Part shown: piece by piece, positions 13,871-28,339 of the stretch
Numbering within the stretch: the stretch's first letter is position 1
Layout: the number at the start of each line of letters is the position of its first letter
Assembly (NCBI GenBank): GCA_951406725.2
Contig: OX597819.1
Location: 113,274,001-113,338,000, forward strand
DNA from: Octopus vulgaris
Taxonomy: Eukaryota
DNA: 64,000 nucleotides
Direction of reading: 5' to 3'
Notes under the pieces: model-generated
What the model was told of the DNA's origin: nothing
Databases searched by the model: none
The model's input: only the letters and a program-made list of their open reading frames with translations
Made by a program: the position numbers and the translations under genes

Positions 13871-14414
13871 CGAGCAAAACGCCCCTCGTCCAGTGGACGG
13901 TGCTGAATCATATCTGCTGAATAAAAAGCAATCAGTGTTTTCTTTTCATTAAAAATAATTAAGCATGCTTTTATTTCAATAGTTAAGGCAAAAAAAAGTT
14001 AAGGCAAAAAAAAAAACTTCTTGAGAAATCAAATAGTATTTCCTTCTTTCATGCAAAATTTGAAGAAAATATCTCTTTTGCATCTTACTTTTTGGGTCTC
14101 TTAAATATATTGCATTTTGTGGCATTATTTCAAGCCAACCGGCTTTTTTTTTGCGCAAACTGCACGTGCATTTTTCTCGCGTACGCGTAGTATCGATCGC
14201 AACAGCTGATGTACTTGCGCGAACAAATGCACGTTCCCACAGCTTTATCGATCGCATTCTCACCTGGAATCAATTTTTGTAATTTTTTCAAGACCTACGC
14301 ACGCCCCGATATCGTCGGTATCTACATATCAAATTTGGGCGCAATCGGATGAAGGATGCCCGAGATCCTAGAAGACATACACACAGACAGACAGAACAGA
14401 TTTCATATAATAGA
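13871..14414 (-). mobile_element. Non-autonomous Helitron-like element
   Basis: On the - strand it starts A|TCTATTATATGAAATCTGTTCTGTCTGTCTG and ends with hairpin CGTCCA-C-TGGACG, then CTCG|T (one change from CTAG). Inserted between A and T. Confidence 0.55.
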
Positions 14415-15262
14415 TATTCAAAATATCACGTTATAAGAGATACATACATATACATGCACACATGTCATGTGTCCTCTACCAAATTTTCAAGTATGAACTT
14501 GAGCAGGTGTCAACAAGCTGGAATTAGTTCAAGATTGAGGTAAGGTGATAAACGATGTAAAGCTTCTGAGTAAAGCAGAGGTTGCCGGGCATAGAGCCGC
14601 TCTAAGAATCCAAGCCCTATCTGGCATGAGCTGTGTTAGATAAGGCATAGACATCTAAGCAGGGTCTTGCAGCTCTGATTCATACTTAAAACTTCACATC
14701 AAACACCGCCTTAATTCAGTTTCAAATAAAAGAAATAATAAATATAACAGTAACTTTGACTTGCTTGGGGGCATTGACCTGACCTAATACTTTCTTGAGA
14801 ACTTCAAAGGGAACATCGTCCCACTGATGCGTGACAGACGATAACTAATTATTAACATCACTGACACCATTTCAAGTAATTTCTATTGCTTTCCAACTGA
14901 TATGTCTGGTCAGCCGATCAAACGAATCCGCTGCTCTTATTGTGTAATCCTCATTTATCTCAGATTAACCGACATGTATAAGACTACACACCCTACAACA
15001 TAAAGTTCTGTTGAACATTTTGTTCTTGTACCACAACATAAACAATTTATTATACACACACGCGCGCGCGTTTTTCACCTAGATTCTTCATTTAAATTGT
15101 TGTTTTTCTCTCATCTCGACCTATATATTTCGAAGAGGGTAAATGTCCCGATTCTCATAATTAACTCTTTTCATTCCTCCGAACATCAAACTAGTAAATC
15201 AACCCTTTTGTTGAATAATTTGGGTTTGCTTTGCTTTTTCACAGTTTCTCTCCCTTATTATC

Positions 15263-15324
<62 letters not shown>

Positions 15325-18300
15325 CTATCTATTTATCTCACTGTGTGGATGTGTGTGCGTGTGTGTATTAATTAATGGATGGAACCATCTGGGCTTAGTT
15401 AAATTACTGAGGAATTCCAACGATACTGATAAGTCAGATGTAGAGGTCAGAATGTTTAGTAAAAACAGATATTTATCCAAAACTTACGTGAAGAGATTAT
15501 AGACCACGTGTTGTATGTTAATGTTGGCACGTTTACTACGTAGTATGGGGTGAGTAGTTCGATTAAGGAAATTTGGCATTACATTCAATAGTGATATTTC
15601 TGGTGTCTGAGAATATTTCATGAAAGGAAGCGGACGGACAAATAGACAGAAAGGCAGGTGCAGCCATTACTGTTTAAGAATTTAGCTTCCTGACTACTGG
15701 ATTTCTGATCCAGTCTCACTGCGTACGTTGCACCTTGAGTATCTTCTACAATAACCCCGAGATGATCAAGGCTTTGTGAGTAGAGCTGTAGACGGAAACT
15801 GAAAGAAGCACTGTGTGTGTGAGAGAGAGAGAGGAGTACACACATTGCGCGATAGCTCTAAAGCGTCATCACCATACAAGCAGTGTCACTCATTCCTAAT
15901 CTTCCGCAAAAGACATATCTGGCAAGGTAGTAATATTACATTGCTGGAAACAGGTGAAAATTTGCGACAAGAAGTGCTTCTGGCAGCAGAAAATCTGCCT
16001 CAAGAAATTCCGTCTCATTCTATGCAAGGATAGTAAAGTGGGCGCTAAAACGACGATGATGAAGAGAAGATTGAGGATATACACTCATATATCCGTTTGC
16101 CTTCCAGAAATGTTCTTATCGTATTAGAAATATCAATTATTAGAATCATAAAAAAAATTCACAAATACAAAATTCATGTCCTTCTCGGTATTAAAGAATA
16201 TAAATGCTAAACTTAAGATAATTCCTCGATATATTTACAACGTTGCTCTTCAGATTGCCCTCTTCGCATATTTTTATCTGACTTGTTGACACTAATATTA
16301 GTGAAATATAATCAGATAACAGATTATGTACTTCGTATTTAATGGGGTATAAAGCGTCCTCCTAAATTTCCATTTTAAATGTAGGTTTTTAGCTATGCTC
16401 GCAGTATAAGTCTATCAACAATATTTTCCAAAAGTAGGTTATAACTTTTGGCTGTGTTTCAACTTATGGGAAATTTTCGCAAGGCAGACTGACCCGTTTT
16501 AACATACGTTGAACCAAACATAACATTTGTAACCTACAATTATATAAAAGTTATGAAGGTTATAGAGGTTTTTATTTGATGATAAGAAAGATATCCCAAC
16601 AGTCACAGTGGCTTTGAAGTTTGGCACTTGCCGCCGAGTTTACTATTCTCAATAGTTTTTAAACAACCGGCCCAATGATCAATAGAGCGATGTTGCTAAA
16701 CAAATTACTAACACACTTTTAGTAATTAAAATTTAAGTTATTCAGTTTTTACTATTCGACTGTTGTAAATTTTGATGGATGTATTATCAGCTGAATTTGC
16801 TGTGTTGTTATTTTAAGATATGTTAGGTTTATGATACATTTTATTATTTCAATATTATTACGAATCCAACTTCTGAAATTTATCTGTAAGTTTCAGTAGA
16901 AAATATTGGACATTAAGACCATTAAAAGACACGGAAATACTCTACGCCATTGTAAATAGTATGTATCACTCTAAAATATAAACAGTTTGGATTCATATTA
17001 TATCCTTGGCAGAAATGGTGGCACTAGCTTTGGAGCGAATTTTCTTTCAACTCAGTACTGGAGGCTAGTTAACCACGCGTTTTATAATACAGCATTTTTC
17101 TTCTTTGTGTACCCAAAGTAACGTTGTGACATCGAGGGATGCGTTATCAACGTTTCTATTCCAGTCGTGAGATAGGAACTGTCAATGTCTTGATGATAAT
17201 CTGTGACCTTCTCGACTCTTGTATCTCTGATGCTACATATGTATGGGGTTTGTCTATCCTCATGTATACGTTTCATTGATTACGCTACCGAAAAACTCTG
17301 TTAGACAGTTTAATGTTCAGATGCTCATACTTTGAAATGTCTCGTCGACTTAGAAATAACAAGAATTCAGTTTTGTTTGTTTGTTTTTTACAAAGGGAGA
17401 GATGGAGTCTGACTGAAAAGTTGAGTGTGATTTTAATCACTTTTAAGTGGTGGTTTTTCACTTATTTAATCAATGGCTAACATCTTGTTATTCGAGTGTT
17501 GTCGTTGTCGTCGAAGTGAATAAACAAACACTCCAATGAATAGACACATCCACGACACATAATGTATGCGTATGGCTGTCGTCATTGTGTTTGTTAATGG
17601 TGTGGAATGAGTAAATATCCAATAATAGTGTGCTATCGTGTCATGAATTATTGATGCCTGGTGAACCAACATTATAGAAAATTTACATAGCATCAGATTG
17701 AGTTTCTGTGTGTGTGGATTATAGCTGAGGGTTTTTTTTATATTACAAGTGGCAGGAGTGAATGTGTAAACGGTGTGCGCTAATTGAATAGTTGGCTGAC
17801 AATGTTTATTGGATGTAGTGCCAGTGAGATGGGGCGGGGTAGTATTTCATTCAACAATGTTCCCTTCGAGATGAATTTTTTAATATATTCTACAATAGAC
17901 GTGAAGCCTGTGACTTTTAATGGAAATGAATTAAGAAGGTGGGGCATTTACACTTCTTATAATGTTAATAAAGTAAATGAAGATAGCTTATTTCAGCTGG
18001 TTTGATTCGTTTCAATAAATTTCTGGCATGGGCACAAAACCAGAGATTTGAATGGAAAAGGGTTAGTCGTCTACAATAAGATCCGGTACTTCACTAATAC
18101 TTCATTTTACCGAGTCCAAAAGAATGAAAGGTAATGTTGGCCTTGGCAGAATTTGAACGCTCGACATAAAACAATGGTTACAACTAAATACCGCCAGCCA
18201 TTTTGTCCAGCGTTGCACAGATTCTCCTAGTCCTGATAATACGATGGTGACGGCGACGATAGAGTATTTATGCACACCAGTATCACTGGGAAAATATCAT

Positions 18301-18707
18301 TTTCATTATATCTTAAGACTGTTTAAATTATGTGAGTGCATGGGGTATATATGTACGTGTACATGAATGTATGTATATTTTGGGTGTGTGTGTTGATATT
18401 CGTAACAAGGAATTCGACTATTTGGTTTATCAATTAGCACATGAGTAATTGCAAATCTAATTACATAACCATTCATTGCTGTACTATGAGAAGGTTCAAT
18501 TATGACAAAATGCGATTTTATTTTTTAATAGTTTACCATATTATTTTAATAGGAAAACAATCCAGGAGACTTTTATGGTAGATGCATATATAATAGTATA
18601 ATAGACAATAGTTGGTGGAGATCTGTATAGGTTACGTTCATGGTGGAGGTCTGTAGAGACAATGTTTATGATGGAGGACTATAGAGACATTATTTATAAT
18701 AGAGATA

Positions 18708-19105
18708 AGGCGGCGAGCTGGCAGAAAAGTTAGTACGCGGGGCGAAATGCTTAGCGGTATTTCGGCTGCCGCTACGTTCTGAGTTCAAATTCCGCCGAGG
18801 TTAACTTTGCCTTTCATCCTTTCGGGGTCGATATATTAAGTACCAGTTACGCACTGGGGTCGATATAATCGACTTAATCCGTTTGTCTGTCCTTGTTTAT
18901 CCTCTCTGTGTTTAGCCCCTTGTGGGTAGTAAAGAAATAGGTATTTCGTCTGCCGTTACGTTCTGGGTTCAAATTCCACCTTTCGACTTTGCCTTTCATC
19001 CTTACGGGGTCGATAAATTAAATACCAGTTGCATACTGGGGTCGATCTAATCGACTGGACCCTTTCCCCAAAATTTCGGGCCTTGTGTCTAGAGTAGAAA
19101 AGAAT
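18708..19105 (+). mobile_element. SINE family A, internally duplicated form, inserted in a minisatellite
   Basis: Two Meta-like domains separated by a GTTTGTCTGTCC..GGTATTTCG linker. Confidence 0.85.
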
Positions 19106-20250
19106 ATTTATAATGGAGATGTTAGAAACAATAATTATAATGGCGATCTGTAGAAACAATATTTATGATGATCTGTAAAGCTGATATTTATGATAAGGGA
19201 CTATTGAGACAATATTTATGATGGAAGACTGTAGAAACAATATTTATGATGGAGATTTGTATACACAGTATTTATGGTGGAGGGTGTGATGCACAAATGC
19301 ATTGTGATATACATACCATGTCTCTATCAAGTAAAACCTAGCATTGACAGCTGTCATATATCACAGAAATTGTTAGTTGAACTAATTCGAGGGAATCGCA
19401 GATTCCATTACTCTGAAGTTCTTGTATTCTTTAATTCATTCAGCCAGTCCACTTGTTAGCTATTGTGTAGATTTTAGTCTAGTCTAGTTTGGTCATTTGT
19501 GAGCCGACACGCAGTCTACTCTGAGAGTTTTGACACAGTTTTACATAATTTAACCTTGTATTAAGAGTTGTCACGTCAGTTTTAAGCTGGTCAGTATATA
19601 ACTATTACACCATCTCCTGGTCAGTTACTCGTTTCATCCGGTCACTCGAAATATATAAGTGTTGTCGTTTAATCGCCCTCAGAGATTTTAAACGCTGTCA
19701 GAAAGCCCAGTTAGAACAATAATTGTTTTTGCTAAGTCTTTAGATTCTTCATCGCGATAATAATTTATGTCTCGTCCTTTGTTAAGTTTAACTGGACGTT
19801 CTGAAACTTTAAGACTCTTTTAGAAATCGTTCTGAGAGCATTCAAGGCAGTGTGCGGAGAAAATTGTTGGAGAACGTTGTTTAGTGGTTAGGGTGTTGCA
19901 CTCATGATCATACGATTATAGTTTCGGTTCCTGAACCGAGTGATGCATTGTGTTCTTGAACCAAACACTCCATTTCACGTTGCTCCCGTTCACGTGGGAA
20001 ATATATATGCTATAGAATTCAGGAAACTGACCATATGAGCTTATGGCTCGGGAAGAACTTTTGATCTTTTTTTTTTTTTTTTTGAGGAAATTGTTTCCGA
20101 GGAGGATAAAATATAGTGCGGTATTTAGTAACGTTCTTCTGCATTCTGTGTTCAAATTCCACCGGGGACTATACGTAAAGTAAAGTACCAGTTAAGTATT
20201 GAAGCTGATTTATTTACTCGACCACTTATTTACTCCACTCAGCACAAATA

Positions 20251-21295
20251 TGGCCCTATATATATTCTTTTCTACTCTAGGCACAAGGACCGAGATTTTG
20301 GGGGAATAGGCCAGTCGATTAGATCGACTCCAATACGCAACTGGTACTTAATTTATTGACCCCGAAAGGATGAAAGGCAAAGTTAACCTCGACGGAATTT
20401 TAACTCAGAACATAAAAACAGTGGCCCTATATATATTATTTTCTGCTCTAGGCACAAGGCTCGAAATGTTTGGAGGTGGGGCAGTCGATTAGATCGACCC
20501 CAGTACGCAACTGGTACTTAATTTATCGACCCCGAAAGGATGAAAGACAAAGTTAACCTCGACGGAATTTGAACTCAGAACGTAAAAACAGTGACCCTAT
20601 ATATATTCTTTTCTACTCTAGACACAAGGCCCGAAGTTTTTGGAGAGGGGGCTAGTCGATTAGATCGACTTCAATACGCAACTGGTACTTAATTTATCGA
20701 ACACGAAAGGATGAAAGGCAAAGTGGACCTCGGCGGAAATTGAACTCAGAACATAAAAACAGTGGCTGTATATATATTATTTTCTGCTCAAGGCACAAGA
20801 CTCGAAATTTTTGGAGTGGGGGGAGGAGCAGTCGATTAGATCGACCCCAGAACGCAACTGGTACTTAATTTATCGACCCCGAGAGGATGAAAGTCAAAGT
20901 TAACCTCGGCGGAATTTGAACTCAGAACGTAAAGACCGTAGCCCTATATGTATTCTTTTCTACTCTAGGCACAAGGCCCGAAATTTTTTTGGGGGGGGCC
21001 AGTCGATTAGATCGATCCCAGTACGCAACTGGCACTTAATTTATCGACCCCGAAAGGATGAAAGTCAAAGTTAACCTCGGCGGAATTTGAACTCAGAACG
21101 TAAAGACAGTGGCCCTATATATATTATTTTCTGCTCTAGGTACAAGGCCCGAAATTTTTGGAGAGGGGGCCAGTCGATTAGATCGACCTCAATACGCAAC
21201 TGGTACTTAATTTATCGAACACGAAAGGATGAAAGGCAAAGTCGACCTCGGCGGAATTTGAACTCAGAACGTAAAGACAATGGCCCTATATATAT
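20251..21295 (-). repeat. Tandem array of six ~171-bp units, each a headless family A SINE plus target site
   Basis: Units start at TGGCCCTATATAT-like words at 20251, 20422, 20592, 20763, 20939 and 21110, with a final copy at 21281. Confidence 0.9.
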
Positions 21296-23823
21296 ATTAC
21301 AACAACAATAACAAAATAACAAGGAAATTTATGAAGGTAAAGAATGATGATTAAAACGGAAGAATAATAATTGAAGCATAATGAGGATGATGAAGATGAA
21401 GAAAAATAATGACAGGGGAATAAGAGGCGAATAATTTCGGTATATTTTTTTTTTTTAAGAGTGTGGGAAGAAAAGATGTTGAAAAATCTAATGGAGGAAG
21501 TGTGAGAATTTATTATAATGTTTGTGGCTTTGGCTGGTCTCTTTGCATCTCTTTACGTTTAGATTTGTATCACGGGAATATGATACTTACTCCTTCACAT
21601 TTCTTTACAGCCATCTGTTTTAATAACACTTCATTTAGTCACACACACACGTATATATGTATGTATACGCTTCCACTCACGTATATAACCTGATTCACAC
21701 ACACACACACACTCATATATATATATGTATGTATATGTATATACATTCACTTACGCATATTCATTCATTTATACATATGCTCTATTTTTCTAAAGTATGG
21801 TCTGTTTTCTCTATCTCTTTTCGCCTCCTCTCTTCCTCCCTCCCTCTCTCTTTTATCTATCTTTCTACCATCTCCTTTCTCCCCCCTCCTCTCTCTCTCT
21901 CTCTCTCTTTCTAACTCTACGCACACACACACACATTCACACACACCTTTGACACTGTAAGTTCTCAGTTCAAGAAACTAAGAAATCTTCCCTTCACTCC
22001 GCTCTTCCCTGTACTTACCAACTTATATTCATTACCTTTCTAACTTCTAGTCCTTACCCTCTCATATCTTCTCTCCGGTTTCCTTTCCTCCCTCTATCAT
22101 CTCTCTCTCTCCATCTCTCTCTCATTGTCTCTCTCTCTCTCTTTTTTCTCTGTGTCTCTTTCACACACACATTCTCCCTCTCTCCTAACACACATTCTAT
22201 CTTGAATTTCCTTTGCCTCCATTTTACTCCTCTTACATCTAGCTCACTCTCTTTAATCTTTCTTTTTGTTTTCTCTCTCTCTCTCTCCCTTATTCTCAGG
22301 CAATACCGAATTAACCCAGTAGCAAAGTATAGCATATACTATGGACCCCACTTCTTCACGAATCCCTTTTCTATTAATCAACTACTAAAGCGACTTGGCT
22401 TCAACTTTTATGAACGACAGAGTGTTTTAAGATTGATCAGTCTCTAACACACGGAATACTCTTCCAGATTGAATACAAATTGAATTAAACATATTGCAAT
22501 AATCAAATTGAATGGCAGCGCTTAACCAGAAGACAGTCTTAATTTTTGTTGGAAGCTAATTAATAAATCTGACATTTTATTTCTTTTATTTCGATGCAGT
22601 AAACTCGAAGTACATTAATTGAGCTTAAGTATTAGTTTTCTCATAAACAAGTTCGGTAGAACGAATCAGATTATTTACTATAAAAAGTATTACACATACT
22701 GTAATTCTAACCGTCATCATTAAATAAAATTGGGATATACTATTTCTGCTCTAACCTTATGCTGTCAAGCAAATCTTTAACACAAATAATATAGTCGCGT
22801 TTACGATGTTAGACTACAACACTAATATTACATTTATATTAGAAGCTTATGTATTAGGAGTGGACGTTGTACATTTGAGTTATTTAAATGAGAATGCTGT
22901 ATATCAGGGAATTCTCGTAATGTGTTAGCTTTTGTGCTTTGTTTTTCTTCCTTGTTCTCGAGTCCTACAACTCATAAGGCTGGTTTCCCGGTTTCTATGG
23001 CGTATACAAAATGACCGCGATCACGACATTTCCCTCTGAGCGGGACGCTAACTCGTTGTTTTGAGGAGAAGCGGGAAAAGTGGGCCACATTGGCCCCACT
23101 ACTTGATTGGTGCTTCATTTGTATCGATCGACCCCGAAGGAATGAAGGACAAAGTTGACTTACCTCGGCGGAATTTGAACTTAAAACGTAAAGAACCAGA
23201 AGATATACTGCTAGAAACAACAGCCAAATCGCCCTTAAATCACTTTTCCCTCTGAAAATATTATTTTATAAAAAAAAGATTTTACCGTAAATGCTCTTCC
23301 CATGGTTTTGAAGTGCAAAAAATTGGCCAAAATAGGTCCGGAGTGAGATGATGAGTGAGGGGGTATAAAAAATGAGTTTTCAAAACTTTTGTCATACAAA
23401 GCTTATCTCCACCATCAACTCCATCATTTCGAAGGCCGTGGTTTATAAAAATCTGGAAAATCCCCGAAAAAAATTTCCCCACAAATTTCTTTATAATCGT
23501 AATATCTATGCCGTTTGAAAAGGATTTGTATAAATTTTCATTAAAAGATACCCATCTTCCGGAAAGTTATGAGGGAAAAGTCAGAGCATGTGAATTTTCT
23601 GAAACTTCTCTCTCCACCCCCTCACAAAAATTCTTTCCCATAAATCCCTATAATACTCTGAAGCAACAACATCTAAGCCGTATTTATAAAAAAATTTGTT
23701 AAAAAGTATCCATTTTTCTGGATGTTATGAAGCAACAAAGTCGGGGCGTATTCATATGTAGTCATGTCCTTTTATTTATACGATGTATTTTCATTTCATG
23801 TTTATTTCATTTATTGTTTGCAA

Positions 23824-23884
<61 letters not shown>

Positions 23885-24422
23885 ATACACTGCAAAGCTT
23901 ACAGCTGGGCTGTTGAATCTAAATCTTTATGTTGCTTTGATTGGAAGGGAAGACTTGACTAATTGCTTCTTCCTCTGTTGTTGGACTACTGTGATGTTTG
24001 TTTAAAAAAGAGAGATAAAATAAGGAAGGCAATATTTACTAAACACGTGAGCACTATTGTACAAAGAAATAATTAGACGTAGAATATAAAAATGATTAAA
24101 AATGGGAATCTAATGTGAAAATACTATCAAGGTCTAGCAGAAAACCGCCCAGAGGGCGGTCATTCTGTTAGTATATGTAATGTGTATGTATATATATGTG
24201 TGTGTGTGTGTTTGTGTAATGTATGTATATATATATATATGTGTGTGTGTATATATATATGTATATATATATGTGTGTGTGTGTATGTATATATATATAA
24301 CGTATGTATGTATATATATATAACGTATGTATGTATGTATATATAATGTATGTATGTATAGATGCATATATGTATATATATATATTTGTGTGTCTATGTA
24401 TGTATATATATATATATGTTTG

Positions 24423-24462
<40 letters not shown>

Positions 24463-26879
24463 GGGCCCTCTATTATCATATACATTATACTACATCATCT
24501 TACAGCATATTTCGGCCCAACTCTCATTTAACTCCTCCACATATTTCTGACTTTTTCTCACCCCTCCATTCTCTCACCTCTCTATCATCCCTCTCACTCT
24601 CATCCCTCTCCCTCCCTCTCTCTCTCTCTCACTCTTTCACTCTCTCATACCCCTTCTCTTTCCGTCTCGTTTATTCTCTCTTCGCCCTCGTTTATGTTAA
24701 AGACCACCACCCTCCTTCCTCCAGACAACTGAAATTAAAACGATTCCACCAGGTCATCTTCATTTTGTGTTTATTTTCCTTTGAGCTGCCATAACGTCAA
24801 TCCGTCAAAATGTGGTGGCGACGGTGCTGGGGGTGGCAGCGGAGTGATAGTAGGGATTAGTAATGATGATAGTGAAGGTAATGGTAGAGGAGATGGCGGC
24901 GGTCGTTATCATTATGAAAATTGCAACGGCAATGATAATGTAATAGGATGACATAAAGATGATGAAGTGAAAATGTAGCAGCTGACGCTGATTACGATGG
25001 TATAGCTAAAAGCATATCCTATGCCCTCCCCCGGAGGAAAATCACTCACTAGGAAGCGATCTCATAACCGTAGCATCTGTAAGTTGACAAGCATCAACAA
25101 AGCGAAAGATGTCCTCGTGCATGGCACACAATGAAAACTCTCACACTTCTCGAATTTCAGTTGATTTCAGCTGAGGGTTTTTTCTCTGGTCCCTTGAGTA
25201 TCTACAAACTTTGAAGAATACTCGTGTCCGCCTACACTTCCGAAACTTCCTTTCTTTCAAACCTAACCGCCTTACCATATTGTGGTGCGATCACCAAGTG
25301 GGAAATCTTTTCCAATTATTTTAATTCCGTAAGCGTACCCAACAAAGGAATCTTTAGCTGGCCACTCGACATTCTAGAAATAACAAGGAAATCTCTACCA
25401 GATCACATCATAGTGTCTTAAAAAGGAAGTACATATTGAATAATGTAATCCTGAAAGAAAAGACGAAATTATCATTGCTTGAACGAATTTAGTCATAGAT
25501 CTGCTACATTGGGACTGACCTGGGTTAAACAACATATTTTTTATCATAGGTCTTCTAGATTAGATCAGAGGTAAAGCTAAACAACGTTTTTCATCATTGG
25601 TCAGCAGGATCATAGCAGATCTACCACTAAAAGACAACAGCAACATGACAAAACGATCTGTTCTGACGATGTTCTCTTTGTCCCTTTCAAATAAGCAATT
25701 ATCCTCAGTCTCTTTCTACATGAATCTACTCCGAGTGTATCCCCACTCCATGAAGAGTTACTCTCTCGATCCGTTAACCTAGTAAAAATTAAACCACCAT
25801 CTTCCTCGTATGAGTTTCGTCCCCTTATTAGTGGTCACCATTACGGTTTCCATGGAACCGGATATACCAATTGACCTGCTTTTTTAAAACATACGCATAC
25901 ACTTAAAAATTTTCCCATGGTTCTTCAGTATCATTATCAGGCGTTCACATTTAGACCAGGTCTCCAATCTCAGAGTAAATTCTTCCCTCCCTTCCACCAG
26001 TCTTGAAAACCCAGATAAAAATGTCATTACAGTTTCCTCTTCTTAACCATAAAATTTTTTATTAAATTCTTTAGAACAAACCCCACCTCTCTCTCCTCCT
26101 CCTTTTCCATCTCTCTCTCCCTTTCTCTCTCAAATCTGCCAAAATTCAAACTAAATATAAACCGCATCGACCTCACAAACCTGGTAACATTTACAAATGC
26201 CTAAAATCCTCACACACACATACCTCGAGTCCTGGGACTTAAGTGTGAGAGGTTTACATATTGATTAGACTTGATTTATTGCAAAATAGTTTCGTTTACA
26301 CTGTAAATAAAAAAAATTCAGGCATATTTTGACTCGGCACAAATCGTCTATATTTATTTAGAGGGAATTAACAAAATGTGAATGCGTAACGTTGATACCG
26401 TTCCTCATAGTATTAACAACATATGTGAGGTAATAAAGAATTGAAACCTGATCATTGGTTCGCCAGGGGTTTAGTTCTTCATCTTCAACAACTGTAGATT
26501 GTGGCGACTGCCATAAGGAAACATCATAGGCTCGGTCACCCCAAGCTTTATGAATAAAACTGGGTCGACGGAAACAGTAAAGAAGCCTAGCGGAATTTTC
26601 AGTACTAAAGGGCCGGTTTTTGTTCCTTATTGTGTCAAGCCGATTCAGCCATGTCAAGAATAGTCAACGTTCATTTAACAAACTGATAGTTCAGCTGATC
26701 CAAAACTGAATGCTCAACGTCGACACAGACGAAGGATTCATCATCATCATCAGCATCAGCAGCAGCAGCAGCATCTTTTATGCTATCATATGAGATATTG
26801 TTGGTTTTTGCTTTTTCTTTTTTTTCTTCTTTTTATTCGTATTCAGTCATATATTTATTTACCCTTCTTTTTGTTTCAG

Positions 26880-27009
26880 AAATCGGCTACATACTTCCAG
26901 GCTCCTTTGGGGTTTGGCGTACAAACAAAGAATACGACCCTGCCAAGGGCATCAACAAGAACTTGTTCTTCCATTATCAACATCCAAACAAAATTGTGAA
27001 ACGGCCTAC
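26880..27009 (+). CDS. SBSPON: SBSPON-like gene, internal linker exon
   Basis: Acceptor ttttgtttcag|, donor |gtgagt, 130 nt, phase 1/2. Reads (E)IGYILPGSFGVWRTNKEYDPAKGINKNLFFHYQHPNKIVKRP(T), in frame with both neighbouring exons. Confidence 0.85.
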
Positions 27010-27339
27010 GTGAGTATATTTTATTTGCTGACTTAGCATTGTTGATAGGGTGGTGGCGGCGACCTGGTGGTGGTAGTAGTGGTGATGGTATGGCTAAGTG
27101 TAACGGTAATGGTGACTGTGAGTCGGTGTTGGTTTTAGTGGTGGTGACGTTTAATCCCAGATCAATGACCATGACCAAAAGTATTTCAACTGTGACCGTT
27201 TCGTCTTTTACCCGAGTACAAGGAACACAGGACAAGACAGAAGGGTGTGATTTGAGGGAGATTTGTTTGCTTTTCCTAGCAAATCAAGGCTCTTTCATTA
27301 GTTTGCTATATTGCTTGTTACTACTACTACTACTACTAT

Positions 27340-27371
<32 letters not shown>

Positions 27372-28339
27372 TTGTTATTATTATTATAATTATTAAGGCA
27401 GTGAGCTGGGCGAAATGCTTAGTGGTATTTAGTTTGCCGCTACGTTCTGAGTTCAAATTCCAACGAGGTCCGAGCTGGCAGAATCATTAGCACGTTGGGC
27501 GAAATGCTTAGCAGTATTTCGTCTAGCGCTACGTTCTGAGTTCAAATTCAGCCGAGGTCCTTGTGTCTTCAGTAGAAAGGAATATTATTGTTGTTGTTGT
27601 TGTAGTGGCGGTGGTGGTGGTGGCGGCGGCGAATTGGCAGAACTGTTAGCACGTGGGTAGTAAAGCTTATAGGTATTTCGTTTACCACTACGTTCTGAGT
27701 TCAAATTCCACCGAGGTCGACTTTGCCTTTCTTCCTTTATAAGTCGAAACGTTACCCTTAAAAATATAGGCCGCTCTTCGTGTAGGTAACCACAGTGATA
27801 CACTTTCCTGTGACATACATTCAAATTAGTTATACTAATCATAGTTTCTTGGAGACTAGTAATTAATATTTCGGTCAGTAATTATGAACAAGGTCAGGTC
27901 CGGCATCTTTGCACTTTTTCAACTGTTTTCGACTCCTTCTGTCTCTCAACATTTTTATAGTAATTTTCTATTTACTTTCTCGATTTCATGTTTTATTATT
28001 TTTGTCCCAAATTTCTCCCCCAGAAAGTTTGTTTTCTTCAGCATCCGGTCTTATGTTATCATTTTGCTCATTTCACACAAGAATAAGCGTTTCTAGTGTT
28101 TTCAGAAGAAAAAAAACAGCGATTTTACTTGTGCAGGTTCTTCCTTTCTTTGTGTTCTTCAATTTTAACAGCAATTCTCTGCGTTAGCTCTTCAGTCACT
28201 GTCCCTATTAAAGATTTTTTTTTTACTTTGTTGTTTTTAGTTTTGCTTTAGCTTACGTGATACATAAGCAAAAATCTACCAATCACTAATCCCATCGTTA
28301 TCATCATAACCACCATCATCGTCATCATTGTTATTATAA

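Noticed and set aside
20251-21295. Regular repeat array that might suggest CRISPR
   Set aside because: Eukaryotic DNA; the units are full SINE-derived repeats with no unique spacers, and there are no cas genes.
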